Source of the DNA: Deltaproteobacteria bacterium
GTDB lineage: Bacteria > Acidobacteriota > Thermoanaerobaculia > Multivoradales > JAHZIX01
Assembly (NCBI GenBank): GCA_022601195.1
Contig: JAHZIX010000034.1
Span: 18,504-82,503, forward strand
Length of the DNA stretch: 64,000 bases
Direction: 5' to 3'
Part shown: piece by piece, positions 17,542 to 28,600 of the stretch
Layout: each line of letters begins with the position of its first letter
Position numbering within the stretch: position 1 is the stretch's first letter
The notes under the pieces: model-generated
The model's database searches: none
Seen by the model: only the letters and a program-made list of their open reading frames with translations
Told to the model about the DNA's origin: nothing
Position numbers and translations under genes: made by a program

Positions 17542-18642
17542 ATGGGTAATCAAGATCGGAAGCTCAGCACATTCATCGTCGCGACCCTCATCTTGGCAAG
17601 CCCAGGGCTCGCCGCGGTTGCCGAACAGGAACCGGAGGCGCCATTTAAGGACACCATCGAGGTCAAGGAAGTCCTCCTCGATGTGGTGGTCACGGACGAA
17701 GATGGCAATGTGATTGTCGGCCTCGACAAGGGAGACTTTCGCATCGAAGAAGAAGGCCGTGAGGTGGAGATCGAGAGCGCTTCTTTTTACAGCAGCCGCC
17801 AACTCCTGGAGCCGATCTTCGAACCAGGGGAGGCTCCCCAGCCGGAATCCTCGTCATCTCCTCAAGACTCCCCTCCGGAAGACCGCTATTTCGTGCTTCT
17901 CTACTTCCGGCCGCTCGTTGGAAGCCAAGGCGACAATCGCCTTTACCTACGTTTGCCGGAAGCGGGAAAAAAGAGTTTCGAGTGGGTGGTCCAAGAGCTG
18001 TTGCCCAACGACCACGTAGCCGTGGTCGGCTTCGATACCGCCCTTCGCCTACACCACGATTTCACCCGGGATCGCAGTCGCCTCGGCAGGGCAATCGAGC
18101 GTGCCTCGAGGGGCAAGGCACCGGATGGGCGATGGCCGTCCCGCACGGAGGCTCCCGAGGAAGGCATCACTCTCACCTCCCTCCCCCTAGGGGATGAGCT
18201 GCGGGATGAAACCCCAGACATCTACCAAGCCCTAAAGATGCTCGCCAAGGGGCTCGGCAACGTCCGGGGGCGCAAGAACATTATTCTTTTCGGAGTCGAC
18301 TTCCCCGGCGAAAACAGCCGACGGGCACGAACCGATTTTCGCGAGATGATCGAGGCCCTGAACCGCCGCAACGTGGCGGTCTACTCCATCGCCGTGACCG
18401 GCCGAGGTCGCCAGGAAAACCTGGACCAGCTGGCCCAGGAAACCGGCGGCCAACACCTCTTCTCGTTCCGAAACTTCCTGGACCCTCTCCGCAACATTGC
18501 CCGTCAGAATAGTGGCTACTATCTCCTCAGCTTCCGCAGCGAACACCCGGCAGGAGAAAGCGGCTACCGAGAATTGGCGGTCAGCACCACCAACGAGGAA
18601 TTTGAGGCCCGTGCCCGGGGCGGCTATTCCTTTGGGGACTAG
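17542..18642 (+). CDS. VWA domain protein with a TIGR03436-like (acidobacterial VWFA-related) N-terminal module
   Basis: GGAGG lies 9 nt upstream of ATG 17542. Signal peptide present. FKDTIEVKEVLLDVVVTDEDGNVIVGLDKGDFRIEEEGREVEI is the characteristic N-terminal block. VWA-like FVLLYF..VAVVGFD..NIILFG core. Confidence 0.75.
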   Translation: MGNQDRKLSTFIVATLILASPGLAAVAEQEPEAPFKDTIEVKEVLLDVVVTDEDGNVIVGLDKGDFRIEEEGREVEIESASFYSSRQLLEPIFEPGEAPQPESSSSPQDSPPEDRYFVLLYFRPLVGSQGDNRLYLRLPEAGKKSFEWVVQELLPNDHVAVVGFDTALRLHHDFTRDRSRLGRAIERASRGKAPDGRWPSRTEAPEEGITLTSLPLGDELRDETPDIYQALKMLAKGLGNVRGRKNIILFGVDFPGENSRRARTDFREMIEALNRRNVAVYSIAVTGRGRQENLDQLAQETGGQHLFSFRNFLDPLRNIARQNSGYYLLSFRSEHPAGESGYRELAVSTTNEEFEARARGGYSFGD

Positions 18643-18688
18643 GGCTTTCGGAGAATATGACCTCTCCATTTCCACTTCGAGACCCCCG

Positions 18689-19798
18689 CTAGGGAGACAC
18701 CCTCGCAGGGCCATTGGTGCGGCGCGCTCCCTGCTCCAATAAGGCCTCGAAGTCTGCAGGGCTGCGAGCTCGCACCACCGAGATCAGTTGCTCCACTGCT
18801 GCCCGCAGGCGCTCGACAGCGGCCAGGGAATGGGGGTTGTTGGCCTGGATCTCGAAGTAGACGTCGGGGCTCTCCCGAACAACCGCAGCGGCCAGCCCCT
18901 CCAAAGCTGAAAAGCTCGTGCTGCGCACCGGGTGCTCCGACTCCGGCAGGGCCAGGGCGAAGGCGATGGCCGTGGCGTGAGCCAAACTCAATAGATCCGC
19001 CATGATGCGGTCGTGATCCGCCAAAGGAAGGCGCACCAAGTGCGCTGTCGTCGGTTCGAAGAGGGCTTCCACCGCGGCGGTGGCCTCGGAGTCTCCGGTG
19101 TCGCAAACCAACACGTCAGCGTCGCGGAGGAGCAAGGTCGCAGGACCGAACATGGGGTGAAAGGAGGCCACTCGCCCCCCGGCCCTTTGAAGCTCTCGAA
19201 TCGGCCCGAGGAGTGGAGTCTTGATGCTGGCGAGATCTGCCACCACTCCCTGGAGTGGCGCCTCACACCACTGGTGGTACCAGCTGGCCGTTCTACCGGG
19301 AGGGGTGGAGCAGAGCACCAGGCTCGCCGTGGGCAGGCTCTCGTGGGCTCGCTGGTTCTCCTCCTCCGAGGCCGCCGGATCGAGAACCGCGACGGCAAAA
19401 CCCTGTGCCTCCAGGAAGCGGCTCATCCACTGCCCCATTCGGCCCGCCCCTCCCAGCACAACGGCTCGCTCTCCGGCACCGGTAGCGGCAAAATGAAGAC
19501 TGTCCCCTTCTTGGGCGGTGACCGCAGCACGGATCAACCGGGCCATGAGATCTTCCCCCAACCCCCCTTCCAGACCGATTTCTTCGGCCAAGTTGGCGGC
19601 CCGATCGAGTACCTGGCGTTCCCGGGAGTAATCGATGGTGGGCAGTCCCTGGCTGCGCTTGATCTCTCCCACCTGGCGCGCCAGAGTCAACCGCTCCTGG
19701 GCCAAGGTCAGCAGCTGTTCATCCAATGCGTCGAGGCGCTGTCGCAACCGATCCAGCCGTGGGTCGACTCCATTTTCCTCTGAAGTGCTCATCGTCAA
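18689..19798 (-). CDS. tyrA: Bifunctional chorismate mutase / prephenate dehydrogenase
   Basis: N-terminal chorismate mutase helix pattern (LRQRLDALDEQLLTLAQERLTLARQVGEIKRSQGLPTIDYSRERQVLDR). This is followed by a Rossmann VVLGGAGRMGQW and a prephenate dehydrogenase body (HPMFGP). Confidence 0.75.
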   Translation of the reverse strand: MTMSTSEENGVDPRLDRLRQRLDALDEQLLTLAQERLTLARQVGEIKRSQGLPTIDYSRERQVLDRAANLAEEIGLEGGLGEDLMARLIRAAVTAQEGDSLHFAATGAGERAVVLGGAGRMGQWMSRFLEAQGFAVAVLDPAASEEENQRAHESLPTASLVLCSTPPGRTASWYHQWCEAPLQGVVADLASIKTPLLGPIRELQRAGGRVASFHPMFGPATLLLRDADVLVCDTGDSEATAAVEALFEPTTAHLVRLPLADHDRIMADLLSLAHATAIAFALALPESEHPVRSTSFSALEGLAAAVVRESPDVYFEIQANNPHSLAAVERLRAAVEQLISVVRARSPADFEALLEQGARRTNGPARVSP

Positions 19799-20094
19799 AG
19801 AGTCATATCACGGCTTGGTCGAAACCAGCCACGATAAGAAGTCAGGACAGGAAGCCACAACTAGGGGGCGCCCATCCCCTCGCTGTCGCCCCAACAAACC
19901 CCTTTTGCCAGGAAGGAGATCCCTGGGTGAACCTGGTGCACCCCCCATGGGACACACAGAGTATGCTCTGCCGGATCATCCGGCCCACTTCGTTTGATCG
20001 AGTCGACCTGGCCCGAGAAGCCAGGAACGACCGAGGCCATTCTTCAGCTGCTAGACTGCCAGCCCGATGGCCTGTTGTTTTGAGGGAGGTTCTT

Positions 20095-20925
20095 GTGATC
20101 CATCGATCTAGACGCGCCACCGCGCCTTCCAGACTTGCCGCGACGGTCCTCGTGGCTCTCTTGACGACCCTAGGAAGCCCGGTTCTCTTGGCAGCCCAAG
20201 ACGGCCTGCCTCTTCAAGAGGGATCCGTATTGACGGTGGTGGGTTTTGGGGCTCCTCACACCTTGATCGAATTCTCGGCCAGTGGCGAAGAATTGGGCCG
20301 GCTGGTCATCGACGACCCGGATGGATTGATCTCCTCTCCTTCCGGCCTGACCTTGGTCGGCAACCAGCTCTGGGTTACCGGATCTAACAACGTCAACCGC
20401 ATCAACTTGACGAGTGGGCTCGCCAGCCTTGGGTTCCAAATAGTCGAGCAGATCTCCCTAACTGCACTGGCTGATAGCGGTGAGTTTCTCCTGGTGGGAG
20501 ACATTCATCCGGACCGAGTGCTGCGATTTGACGGCTCCGGCAAACTTCAAGACACCGTCGTGCTCGATCCCGAGGTCTCTATGACCGGTCTGGATACGGA
20601 CGGGTCGAAGCTATTCGTCACCTCCTACCAAACCGGGAACGTCCACGTTTTCGACCTGGATGGCCATCAGGTAGGCGTGATTCCCACAGAATTGGGCGCC
20701 GGCACTCTTACCGGCGTGAGCCTCGATAGGGATGGTCGGTCCCTGTGGGTGACCACGGGAACCGGCATCAACGACATTCTGCACTTCGACCTCAACGGTC
20801 AACCCCTCGGTAGCTTTCGGGTCACCGCGGATGCCACCATGGGCCTCCATGCGGTCGGTTCGGCACTGTTCGTCGACGGCTTCGAGGCCGGGAACACCGA
20901 CGCCTGGACTCTCACCACACCTTGA
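20095..20925 (+). CDS. Secreted beta-propeller-like (NHL/SMP-30-type repeat) protein; start reassigned to GTG 20095
   Basis: GAGGGAGG RBS at 20082-20089, then a signal peptide (LAATVLVALLTTLGSPVLLAAQ). Repeated motifs LWVTGSNNVNRINL / RVLRFDGSGK / LFVTSYQTGNVHVFDLDG / LWVTTGTGINDILHFDLNG. The upstream part of ORF 19726 overlaps tyrA antisense. Confidence 0.5.
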   Translation: MIHRSRRATAPSRLAATVLVALLTTLGSPVLLAAQDGLPLQEGSVLTVVGFGAPHTLIEFSASGEELGRLVIDDPDGLISSPSGLTLVGNQLWVTGSNNVNRINLTSGLASLGFQIVEQISLTALADSGEFLLVGDIHPDRVLRFDGSGKLQDTVVLDPEVSMTGLDTDGSKLFVTSYQTGNVHVFDLDGHQVGVIPTELGAGTLTGVSLDRDGRSLWVTTGTGINDILHFDLNGQPLGSFRVTADATMGLHAVGSALFVDGFEAGNTDAWTLTTP

Positions 20926-21004
20926 GAAGCTCGCCAGAAGTTTCCCTGGAGGACTCCCCTGAGGCCTCCACCACTGAGGGGCTTTCTCGGCTCTGAAGAC
21001 CTCG

Positions 21005-22189
21005 ATGCTCGATGCCGTGATCATTGGGGCCGGAGTCTCTGGCTTGCACACCGCTTGGCGCCTCCAGCAGGCTGGCCAGAAAGTCGTGGTCTGTGAAGCC
21101 CGCGATCGGGCGGGCGGTCGGCTGCTGTCAGCCAAAGTGCTCCCTGACCTGCCAACCGATTCTTCAGATTCTCCACCTGAATCACAGCCCACGGAGAATT
21201 CCGTAGACCTAGGAGCCACTTGGATCTGGCGCGAAGAGCCCAAGGTGACAGCCCTTGTTCGGGAGCTCGGCGTCACCCCCTTTCCCCACTACGAACGGGG
21301 TGCCCTGGTCTACGATCTCCCCGACGGACCGGTACTCGTCCCAGGGCCGGATCAGGGCCGCACCTTCCTGCGCGTCACCGGCGGCACCGCCGCCATCACA
21401 GACACTTTATTGGATCGACTGGAGGCCGCAACGGTACGCCTAAGCTCCACCGTCACCAAGATCACCCAGCAGGGCTCCCACGAGAAAGCGGAGAACCCGC
21501 AGCCGAGTTTCAGAGTAGACCTCCGCGACCAGCCACCTCTGGAAGCTCGTCAGGTCGTCCTAGCTCTGCCGCCCGCCTTGGCCATGACCAACATCGCCTT
21601 CACTCCCAAGCTCCCCAGCCAATTCGTCCAGCTAGCTTCTGCGACGCCGGTGTGGATGGGGAACATCGTCAAGACGGTCGTCATCTACGAATCGCCGTTC
21701 TGGCGCGAGAAGGGGTTGTCAGGAGCCGTTCTTTCTGCCTTGGGCCCCCTGAGTGAGATTCATGACGCTAGCGGACCGGAGGGAGTTCCCGCGGCTCTGT
21801 TTGGCTTCACGGGTATTCCGAAACCGGCTGTTCCGAGACCTGCTGATTCGCGGGCCAGTGTTCCCAAACAGGGAGGGCCACCGGAGGCGTTCCCCCCTCG
21901 CCAGGCGGTTCTAGCTCAGCTGACTCGGGTTTTCGGACCGGCGGCGGGAGAGGTACGGGAATTCTTTCAACAGGATTGGAGCCGGGAGCCCCACACATCA
22001 CCGCCAGATGTCGCGGCGCGAGAAGACTACGACCTCTTCGGTCACGGCTCCTATGCCAAAGCCTACCTAGGCGGGGGGCTCCATTTCTGTTCCTGCGAAA
22101 CCAGCGGCTTCGGCGGCCATATCGAAGACGCCCTCCACGCCTCAGCGCGGACCGTCAGCAGGGTGCTCGACCATTTAGGGAGGCCTTGA
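21005..22189 (+). CDS. Flavin-containing amine oxidase family protein
   Basis: N-terminal FAD dinucleotide fold DAVIIGAGVSGLHTAWRLQQAGQKVVVCEARDRAGGR and a C-terminal FAD-contact-like segment GGLHFCSCETS..GGHIEDAL. Confidence 0.7.
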   Translation: MLDAVIIGAGVSGLHTAWRLQQAGQKVVVCEARDRAGGRLLSAKVLPDLPTDSSDSPPESQPTENSVDLGATWIWREEPKVTALVRELGVTPFPHYERGALVYDLPDGPVLVPGPDQGRTFLRVTGGTAAITDTLLDRLEAATVRLSSTVTKITQQGSHEKAENPQPSFRVDLRDQPPLEARQVVLALPPALAMTNIAFTPKLPSQFVQLASATPVWMGNIVKTVVIYESPFWREKGLSGAVLSALGPLSEIHDASGPEGVPAALFGFTGIPKPAVPRPADSRASVPKQGGPPEAFPPRQAVLAQLTRVFGPAAGEVREFFQQDWSREPHTSPPDVAAREDYDLFGHGSYAKAYLGGGLHFCSCETSGFGGHIEDALHASARTVSRVLDHLGRP

Positions 22190-22309
22190 AACGGACGGAG
22201 GGCAGCTTCCCCAGGAAACGCCCTCCGTATTGGTGCAGTCCACGGCCTAACCGCTACTGCGTGTTGGTCGATAGCTCCGGGGCCTGTACGCCCCAGAGCT
22301 GGGACAGCT

Positions 22310-22570
22310 CTAGGCCCCTTCCACCAGATCCGCCTTGCGCAGCTCCAACTTCTCCACGAAGCGCTCTTCGATCTCGTAGACCCAGGAGCCGTGAAACGCG
22401 TTGAAATTGCGAATCTCGTCGGCCCGGGAGAGAGTGTCGGCCTTTTCCTTGAGCTCCTCTTCGGACTCATCCGGGGCAATCTCCACCCGGTCGACGGTGG
22501 AAAATCCCTGGATGCTCAAGTAAGTAATGAGTGCCGTCTTTCTCCGCTGTGGCGACGAGGTAGCCGGAGG
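22310..22570 (-). pseudogene. Displaced, frameshifted duplicate of the 3' end (last ~85 codons) of the DUF4340-like gene at 30631..31782; left direct repeat of the RT island
   Basis: Hand alignment of 22310-22570 against 30631-30887 gives about a dozen substitutions plus one 4-bp insertion (taag, ~22521-22524) that breaks the frame. Similarity starts exactly at the stop codon and ends at ..gtagccggagg. Confidence 0.8.
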
Positions 22571-22670
22571 AATTCTCGGGTCTCGACCCACACAATGAGC
22601 GTCATACCCGCAAAGTTAAAACCCATTAATTCATAAATAGAAATACACTAAATATTGAACTCGTGAGATC

Positions 22671-25600
22671 ATGGACACTTCAACCTTACTTCAAGGAGTA
22701 GTGCCTTTGACGATCGAGAGAGAGACGTTTCTCAACAGGCTCAGAGAAGGAGCAGACCTCCCGCGGGTCGCCGCGCAACTTGGGATGAAAGTAATTCGGC
22801 GTGGAACCGAGTCTACTGCGCTATGCCCGTTCCATAACGACCATCGCCCCTCGCTCCGATTCTTTCAAAATCAACGAGGAACTTGGGCCTACAAATGCTT
22901 TGCTTGCGATGCCTACGGGGACGCCTTCGACCTCGTCATGAAACTAGAGGGAACGGCATTCTGGCCGGCAGCAGAATGGTTGGCCCAATTCCAAGGTGTG
23001 CCTGTGCCACCTCGAAGGGTACAAGGGGAAGGGTCGCCACGAACCAGTTTGAGAATCCAAGGCCTCGAGACGGCCCTGGCGGTTTTTCGCTCCGAAACGA
23101 AAACTGAAGGAAAGCTGAGCGAGGCGGAAGCGGAAAGGCGGGGATTCTCAGCTGAGATTTTTCAGGCTCATGAAATCGCCGCAGCCCGGAAACACAAACT
23201 CAGTCGCCATCTCGCACGAAAGAACAAGTCAGCCGGCCACGAGTTAAGAGAGTTGCGCGCGGGGTTCGAGGCTGCGGGGCTCCTGGTTCGCCGCCGGAAC
23301 CGGGACGAAGAAACCCAAGAGCGGTTCGCCTTTGACAACCTAACGGATTTCTTCTGGGATGAAAGGCTTCTCTTCCCAATCCGAGATCACCGGGGGAACC
23401 TCGCGGGTTTCGCTGGACGAGCCCTTGGAGAAGCCTCCAAGCCGAAGTACCTCTACTCCAAGGGTTTCGAGAAAGGAAGGGTGATCTATGGGCTGGACCG
23501 GGTTTTTGCAGACCTTGAAGAAAGGCGGACGGCGGAGCGATCCCGGAAAGGGAAAAAGAGGCCCTGGACCCTAGACCTCTACCTCGTTGAAGGACTCTTC
23601 GATGTCTTGAGACTGAGGGAGCTGGGATTCCAATGTGGCGCGGTGCTCGGCAACAACCTGAGCGCGCACCAAGCTGAGTTAGTTTGCCAGGTGGTTACTG
23701 AGGTAGCGAGGAGCGGTGGCGTTCTAGCAATCCACGTTTTCTTCGACGGGGATGCTGCAGGTCGAAGAGGCGCAAGCCGTGCGCTGGTGGAGCTCTGGAA
23801 GAGCTTTCTCCGCAATGACCTTGCCTCCCTGGTAGATGTAGTTGCCCTCACGACGGAACACTTCCCGAAGAAAGATCCGGATGAGTTTCTTCGCGGTAGA
23901 ACCCGGAAACAAGCGAATGGAGACATATCCGGTCTGGTCGTGCCTGCAACTCAAGCCATTTTGGCGGATCTTCTCGACTCCCCAATCGTGGAGGTAGAGA
24001 GGCAGTGGAACGAGACAGCTCCACCGACTCAACAATGGGTCCTGCAAGGCTTTCTGGAGAAGCTTCCTCGTAAGAAGTGGCGCCAAGTTTTCCAGCGGTT
24101 TCGCCCGCTGGCTACGTCACTAGAGGCCGAGTCCAGCCAGGAGGTATCTTGGCAGAATAGAGTCCGAAGCTTCCTCGGAGTCAACGATCCCGAGGAATTC
24201 TCAGAGCTACCCGCCCAAACCGCCAGGATGTCCGCGGCGGTCCCCACTGAAGTTCTCGAACATAGCGACGAACAGCATCTAGTCCTCGCTCATCAGTTGG
24301 CGATGGCTAGCCGCCACCGGAGGGAGTTCCCTATCGACGAAGCGAGTTGGGAGCGACTGGGTACTGGCTTCGATGCCATAATTCCATTTTACAAGAGTCT
24401 CTTAGAGGACGGCCAAGCAAAAAGGCTGGAGCCTTACCTGGCAGTCTACCTACCCAAAGCGAGTGGGGACCTACGGCTTAAGGCCCTACCTTGCCCGGAG
24501 GACCTGACTCTCCAACAGTACATGCTCAACGAATTGTTGCGCACTTATCCGGAGGACTCAGAGCTTTCCGAGCACATTCCGGCAGTGAGATGGCAACAGG
24601 GACATCTGGTGACGACCGGGTGGAGAGACGGCGGCGAGTTCGGGCTCCGAGAAGGTGCTGTTAGTTTTGCCTACCAGGTCGACATGGATGCCCTAGAGGA
24701 GAGACTCAGGGCGGGCAAGCGAACCCTGTTTCGACCATTTTTTGAATGCTGGAAAGCCTATATTCATTTCCTCTCTCACGGCGTTACGCAATTCGAAGAG
24801 GATCCCCTATACGCACTTCGACTGGATATTCGTGGTTTCTATGACAACCTGCACAGGTCCATCGTCAATGATGCCATTCGGCAACCCCTACAGAAGGCCC
24901 TCAGCCGCGAAGGCTTCGATGCCAACTCCATGGCTCCTCTTTTCGGGAATTCCCATCGAAATCTAGCGTCAAGTTTGGACGAAACGGACCGATCGGCCGA
25001 TACCGATAGTAATGCAGCCGGCGACCGAGCTAACGCGATCGTCGACTGGCTCTGCGAGCAGAGCTTCCACTATCCGTACCGCGATCCCAGCAGCGGCAAG
25101 CAACTCCAGAGTCCACCGGACAGGGGACTTCCTCAAGGACCGGACCTCTCCGCCTATCTTGCAAACATCTCTCTATTCAAACTCGACCAAGCCGTAACCG
25201 AGGCCATCGAACTGCTGAACCAGCGACGAGCAGAACCGACGCAACAAGCGGCCTCCTTGAGTCACACCAGATTCGCATCTGCTGAGCGTCGAGACAAAGA
25301 GCAAGAAACCAGAACGACAAGAACAGCTCTCTACGCCCGCTACGTCGACGATTTAATTCTCATAGCCTGCCAGCCCGGGGAACTCGAGGAACTGCGCAGC
25401 TTGATCGAGCACAAGCTGAGTGAGATCGGCCTATCCTTGAGCCACAAAACGGACCCGCTCCCTCCGATGAGCCGTGGAGACCTGCGCCGTTGGCTCACCG
25501 ACCAAAGGAGTATGGGCGCCGAGTACGGGCCTGTGCCCGGACTCGACCCCTTGCAACTCCTGGCCACTCGTGGATGGGGTGATAGCGGTCTGGAGTTGGA

Positions 25601-28600
25601 CCGGGGAACGGCCCTCCAACTGCTTCATGGCCAAAGTCTTCACGACCTCGAGAAAGCGCCCCAACAAGTCGAAGACTCTATTGCCTTGGCTCGCCAGGCA
25701 GAACTGCGACCAGGAGACGAAGCCGTCGCAGCCAAACTCCTTTGGTTAACTGCAGCCAGCCGAGGAATCGAAGATACAGAGCCGGAGCTACTGGCCCGCC
25801 AAATCAAGGCAAAGTGGCAGGAGTCCAACCCTGCCACGGCTCGAGAGCTTGCCCTGGGAGTTGAGGAACGCTTGATAGAGGAGGAGTTTCAAAGGGCTTG
25901 GCCGGTTCTAGCTTGGCTCGAAGGCCTCATGCTAGCCCTCCGGAGTCGCATGGACCGAAATCTCAAGGCAAGTTCCGAGGAGAAGAAGTCCCTGTCTCGT
26001 CTCCGCGAATCTCTTGCCCGAAAGGTCCAGGAGGGCCTATGTCCAGCCCTGGTCTCACTAGACACCGACCCAAAGCCCTTCGCTCATCAAAAGGCGGCTT
26101 GGTGTTGGGCTCTTCTGAAAGCCGCTGCTGAAGTGGTGGACCCGAAAGACGGCAGCGTGGGATTGAACCAAATGGCGTTACCCTCGCATGAGCTGCACAA
26201 GTCCCCTTTCCTATTCCGACTAGCTTGCTCCTTACATCAACTCTTTCCGATCTCCGACTTTCTCGGGCCTCTCAGATTCCAACCTGGGCCAAACCACAAG
26301 AGCAACGAACATGGGTTGGCCGAGCTGAGGTATTTCCATGAAGCCGTTGCCCGGCTGAGCCGAGGGGAGCTCGACGCTGGCAGGGACGACGCGACTCCCC
26401 TAGACCCCCTCCAGCCCATGGTGTCTTTTCTCTCGAATACCTACAGGGCCAGCGATCCAATAGCCACCGAACTACTGGAGAGCATCCGTTCGTGGCTCCC
26501 TGACCAAGAAGGTGAGGCCCCGAAAGGGAGTGAAGGCTCAACAACGCCCCAGCTGCTGGCCCTTTCTGCCTTTGTCAATGCCGCTGGTAGTCGGACTCCC
26601 CAGTTGTTGTTTCGAAGGAGCTGCTTTCACTCAGTAATACTCGAGACGCACGGATTTGAGGGAGCCAAATTTCTACCAGTGCCTCAGGGAGTGGCCTATC
26701 CTGGCTTACTCGCCATCCAAGAGCAGCGATTGATCGCTTTCCTGTTCGGCCAAGAAGATATCCCCAATAGGTCCGCTTCTGGGCCACCCACATGCCTGAC
26801 CTCGGACTTTCGGCCACGGGAACTCAGGTGGAAAACCAGTGCCAACTCGGGTTTGAATCAACCCCATTGGGACGCTTACGAGACAGATTTGGGCGCCTGG
26901 CGCCTGAGGGAACATGCCGAGATTCCGTTGGTACGCAGAGAGGACCAAGAGAAGGTCCAGGTCCTCACTGAAATTGGTGCGGCTTTCAAGGCTCTAGCAC
27001 GGGGCCAGCAAGACTCTCAGGGCCGGGAACCTGTCCCATCCGCAGCCCACCTACTGAGGCGGCAGCGAATCGACACCGACCAGGGAAGCGAGTGGTCGTT
27101 CCTTGGCTTCGGGCTTCGCCAGGAGGATCTTGGCTACCAGGCCTTCGTAGTGCAAAAGAACTCCGGGAGTTTACTGGCGGAGCCTGTTCCCGCGTCCGGT
27201 GCAGCCCTATGGCGCCTCGGAGTCGCCCTAGGAAACCTTCACCTCGCTTACGATCCCAAATTGGCCGACCCTGCCCACCGACTCAGTGCGAAAGCGCTCG
27301 TTCTGGCACCGCATCAAGATCCAGCCGTGGAGGCCGTCGTGCGCACATCATTAGCCCGACTGGTAGGAGCCTATGCCCCCCTAGGCCCCCTTTACTACTC
27401 ACCTGACGACGCACCTGGCGACAAATTGCCGCAGTCCATCTCCCGAACCCTGAATAGACTGAGTGCATTCAAGCGGGCCTTCGAGGCCAAGGAGACAAAC
27501 CAGACTTTGGCCTTCGCCCTGGCGATCTTCTTCGAGGGCCGGATAGACCGAGAAATCATCCGCCAACAGGAGCTTGAGGTTCGCCAAGGTGGCGCAGCCT
27601 TGGGATTGTTGAAAGCAGTCCGCCACTTGATCGGCGTCGACGCCAAACTCAACGAGGCTCTGCCGCCCCTCCCTTCCCTCCCCAGTTGGTTCCCGAAACG
27701 GCGGCCCGCCCGTGCCTGGCTCGCCATCGCCCAGCGCCTCCGTCAGCTGCCGAAAATCGCTGATCAGGACTTCCTAGAATTCGCCATGGCAGGGTATCGG
27801 CTCCTAGGCCTCCAAGAGCTTCTTCGAGCACAGGCCCTAGAGAGATGGACCACCTTGCCCTCGTCATGGAAGGCCGAGGCCAACTGGAGCCTGGACCTGT
27901 CATTTTGGGGCGTCAACGAAGGAGCCATCCTGGTCGACGATGAGTCCCTGACATCTCCCCTCGACCTCCTTGTTGACTTAGAAGAGCGCTTCTCCCCCGC
28001 CCGCCTAGGAAGCTTGGAACGCATCACTCCCTTGGGCTGGCTGGCGTTGCTCGCAGCCCTCTCTGGAATGACTCCCAACAACGACCGACGGCAGCCACTC
28101 CCGGAGAATGCCGAGACCAAAGCTGTAGAAGGGACCCTGAAAGAGCTTGCATCTCTCCTCGCGGAGCCATGGCAGCTCGAGGAAGAACCGAGAAAGAAGA
28201 GCTTCACTCACCTGGCGAGAACTCTCAAAGGCAACAGTCTTCCAAACCAACCGAACCTGCGAAAGTTTTGCGAAGCTCTCGACTCTTTAGACCGAACACA
28301 AGGCTACAAAGTGCATATCGAAGAGTCGGACCGCCTAGATTCGCGCCCTCGGATCGGACTGGACTGGGAGCTTTTCTCTGACTCCTACGGCGCGAGGGGA
28401 CTTCCCTGCTATAGCCTTCGTCAGCTCCGGTTGGATCCAAGGAATCAGCAAGAAAACTGGGAGACCATTGACGCAGAAGCCGCGAAGTACCGCCTTCAAA
28501 GGCGTGCGAGCCTAACCATCCGAGAAGAGGAACTCGTCGGTGTGGGCTGGCTCTCCCAGGAGATGGCCCACCTGGCTGGGCTCGACAAAGAAGAAAAGAG

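Noticed and set aside
19726-20094. The upstream extension of the beta-propeller ORF (399-aa version starting at 19726).
   Set aside because: It overlaps the tyrA start on the opposite strand and precedes the signal peptide. A GAGGGAGG RBS plus GTG at 20095 gives a normal secreted-protein N terminus.
22063-22479. Twin ORFs beginning MPRMSPKRSSRKRPTLSP.. at 22063..22479(-) and 30576..30800(-), which might look like a conserved small gene flanking the island.
   Set aside because: They are the same alternative reading frame of the two direct-repeat copies of the DUF4340-like gene's 3' end. The similarity is a by-product of the repeat.
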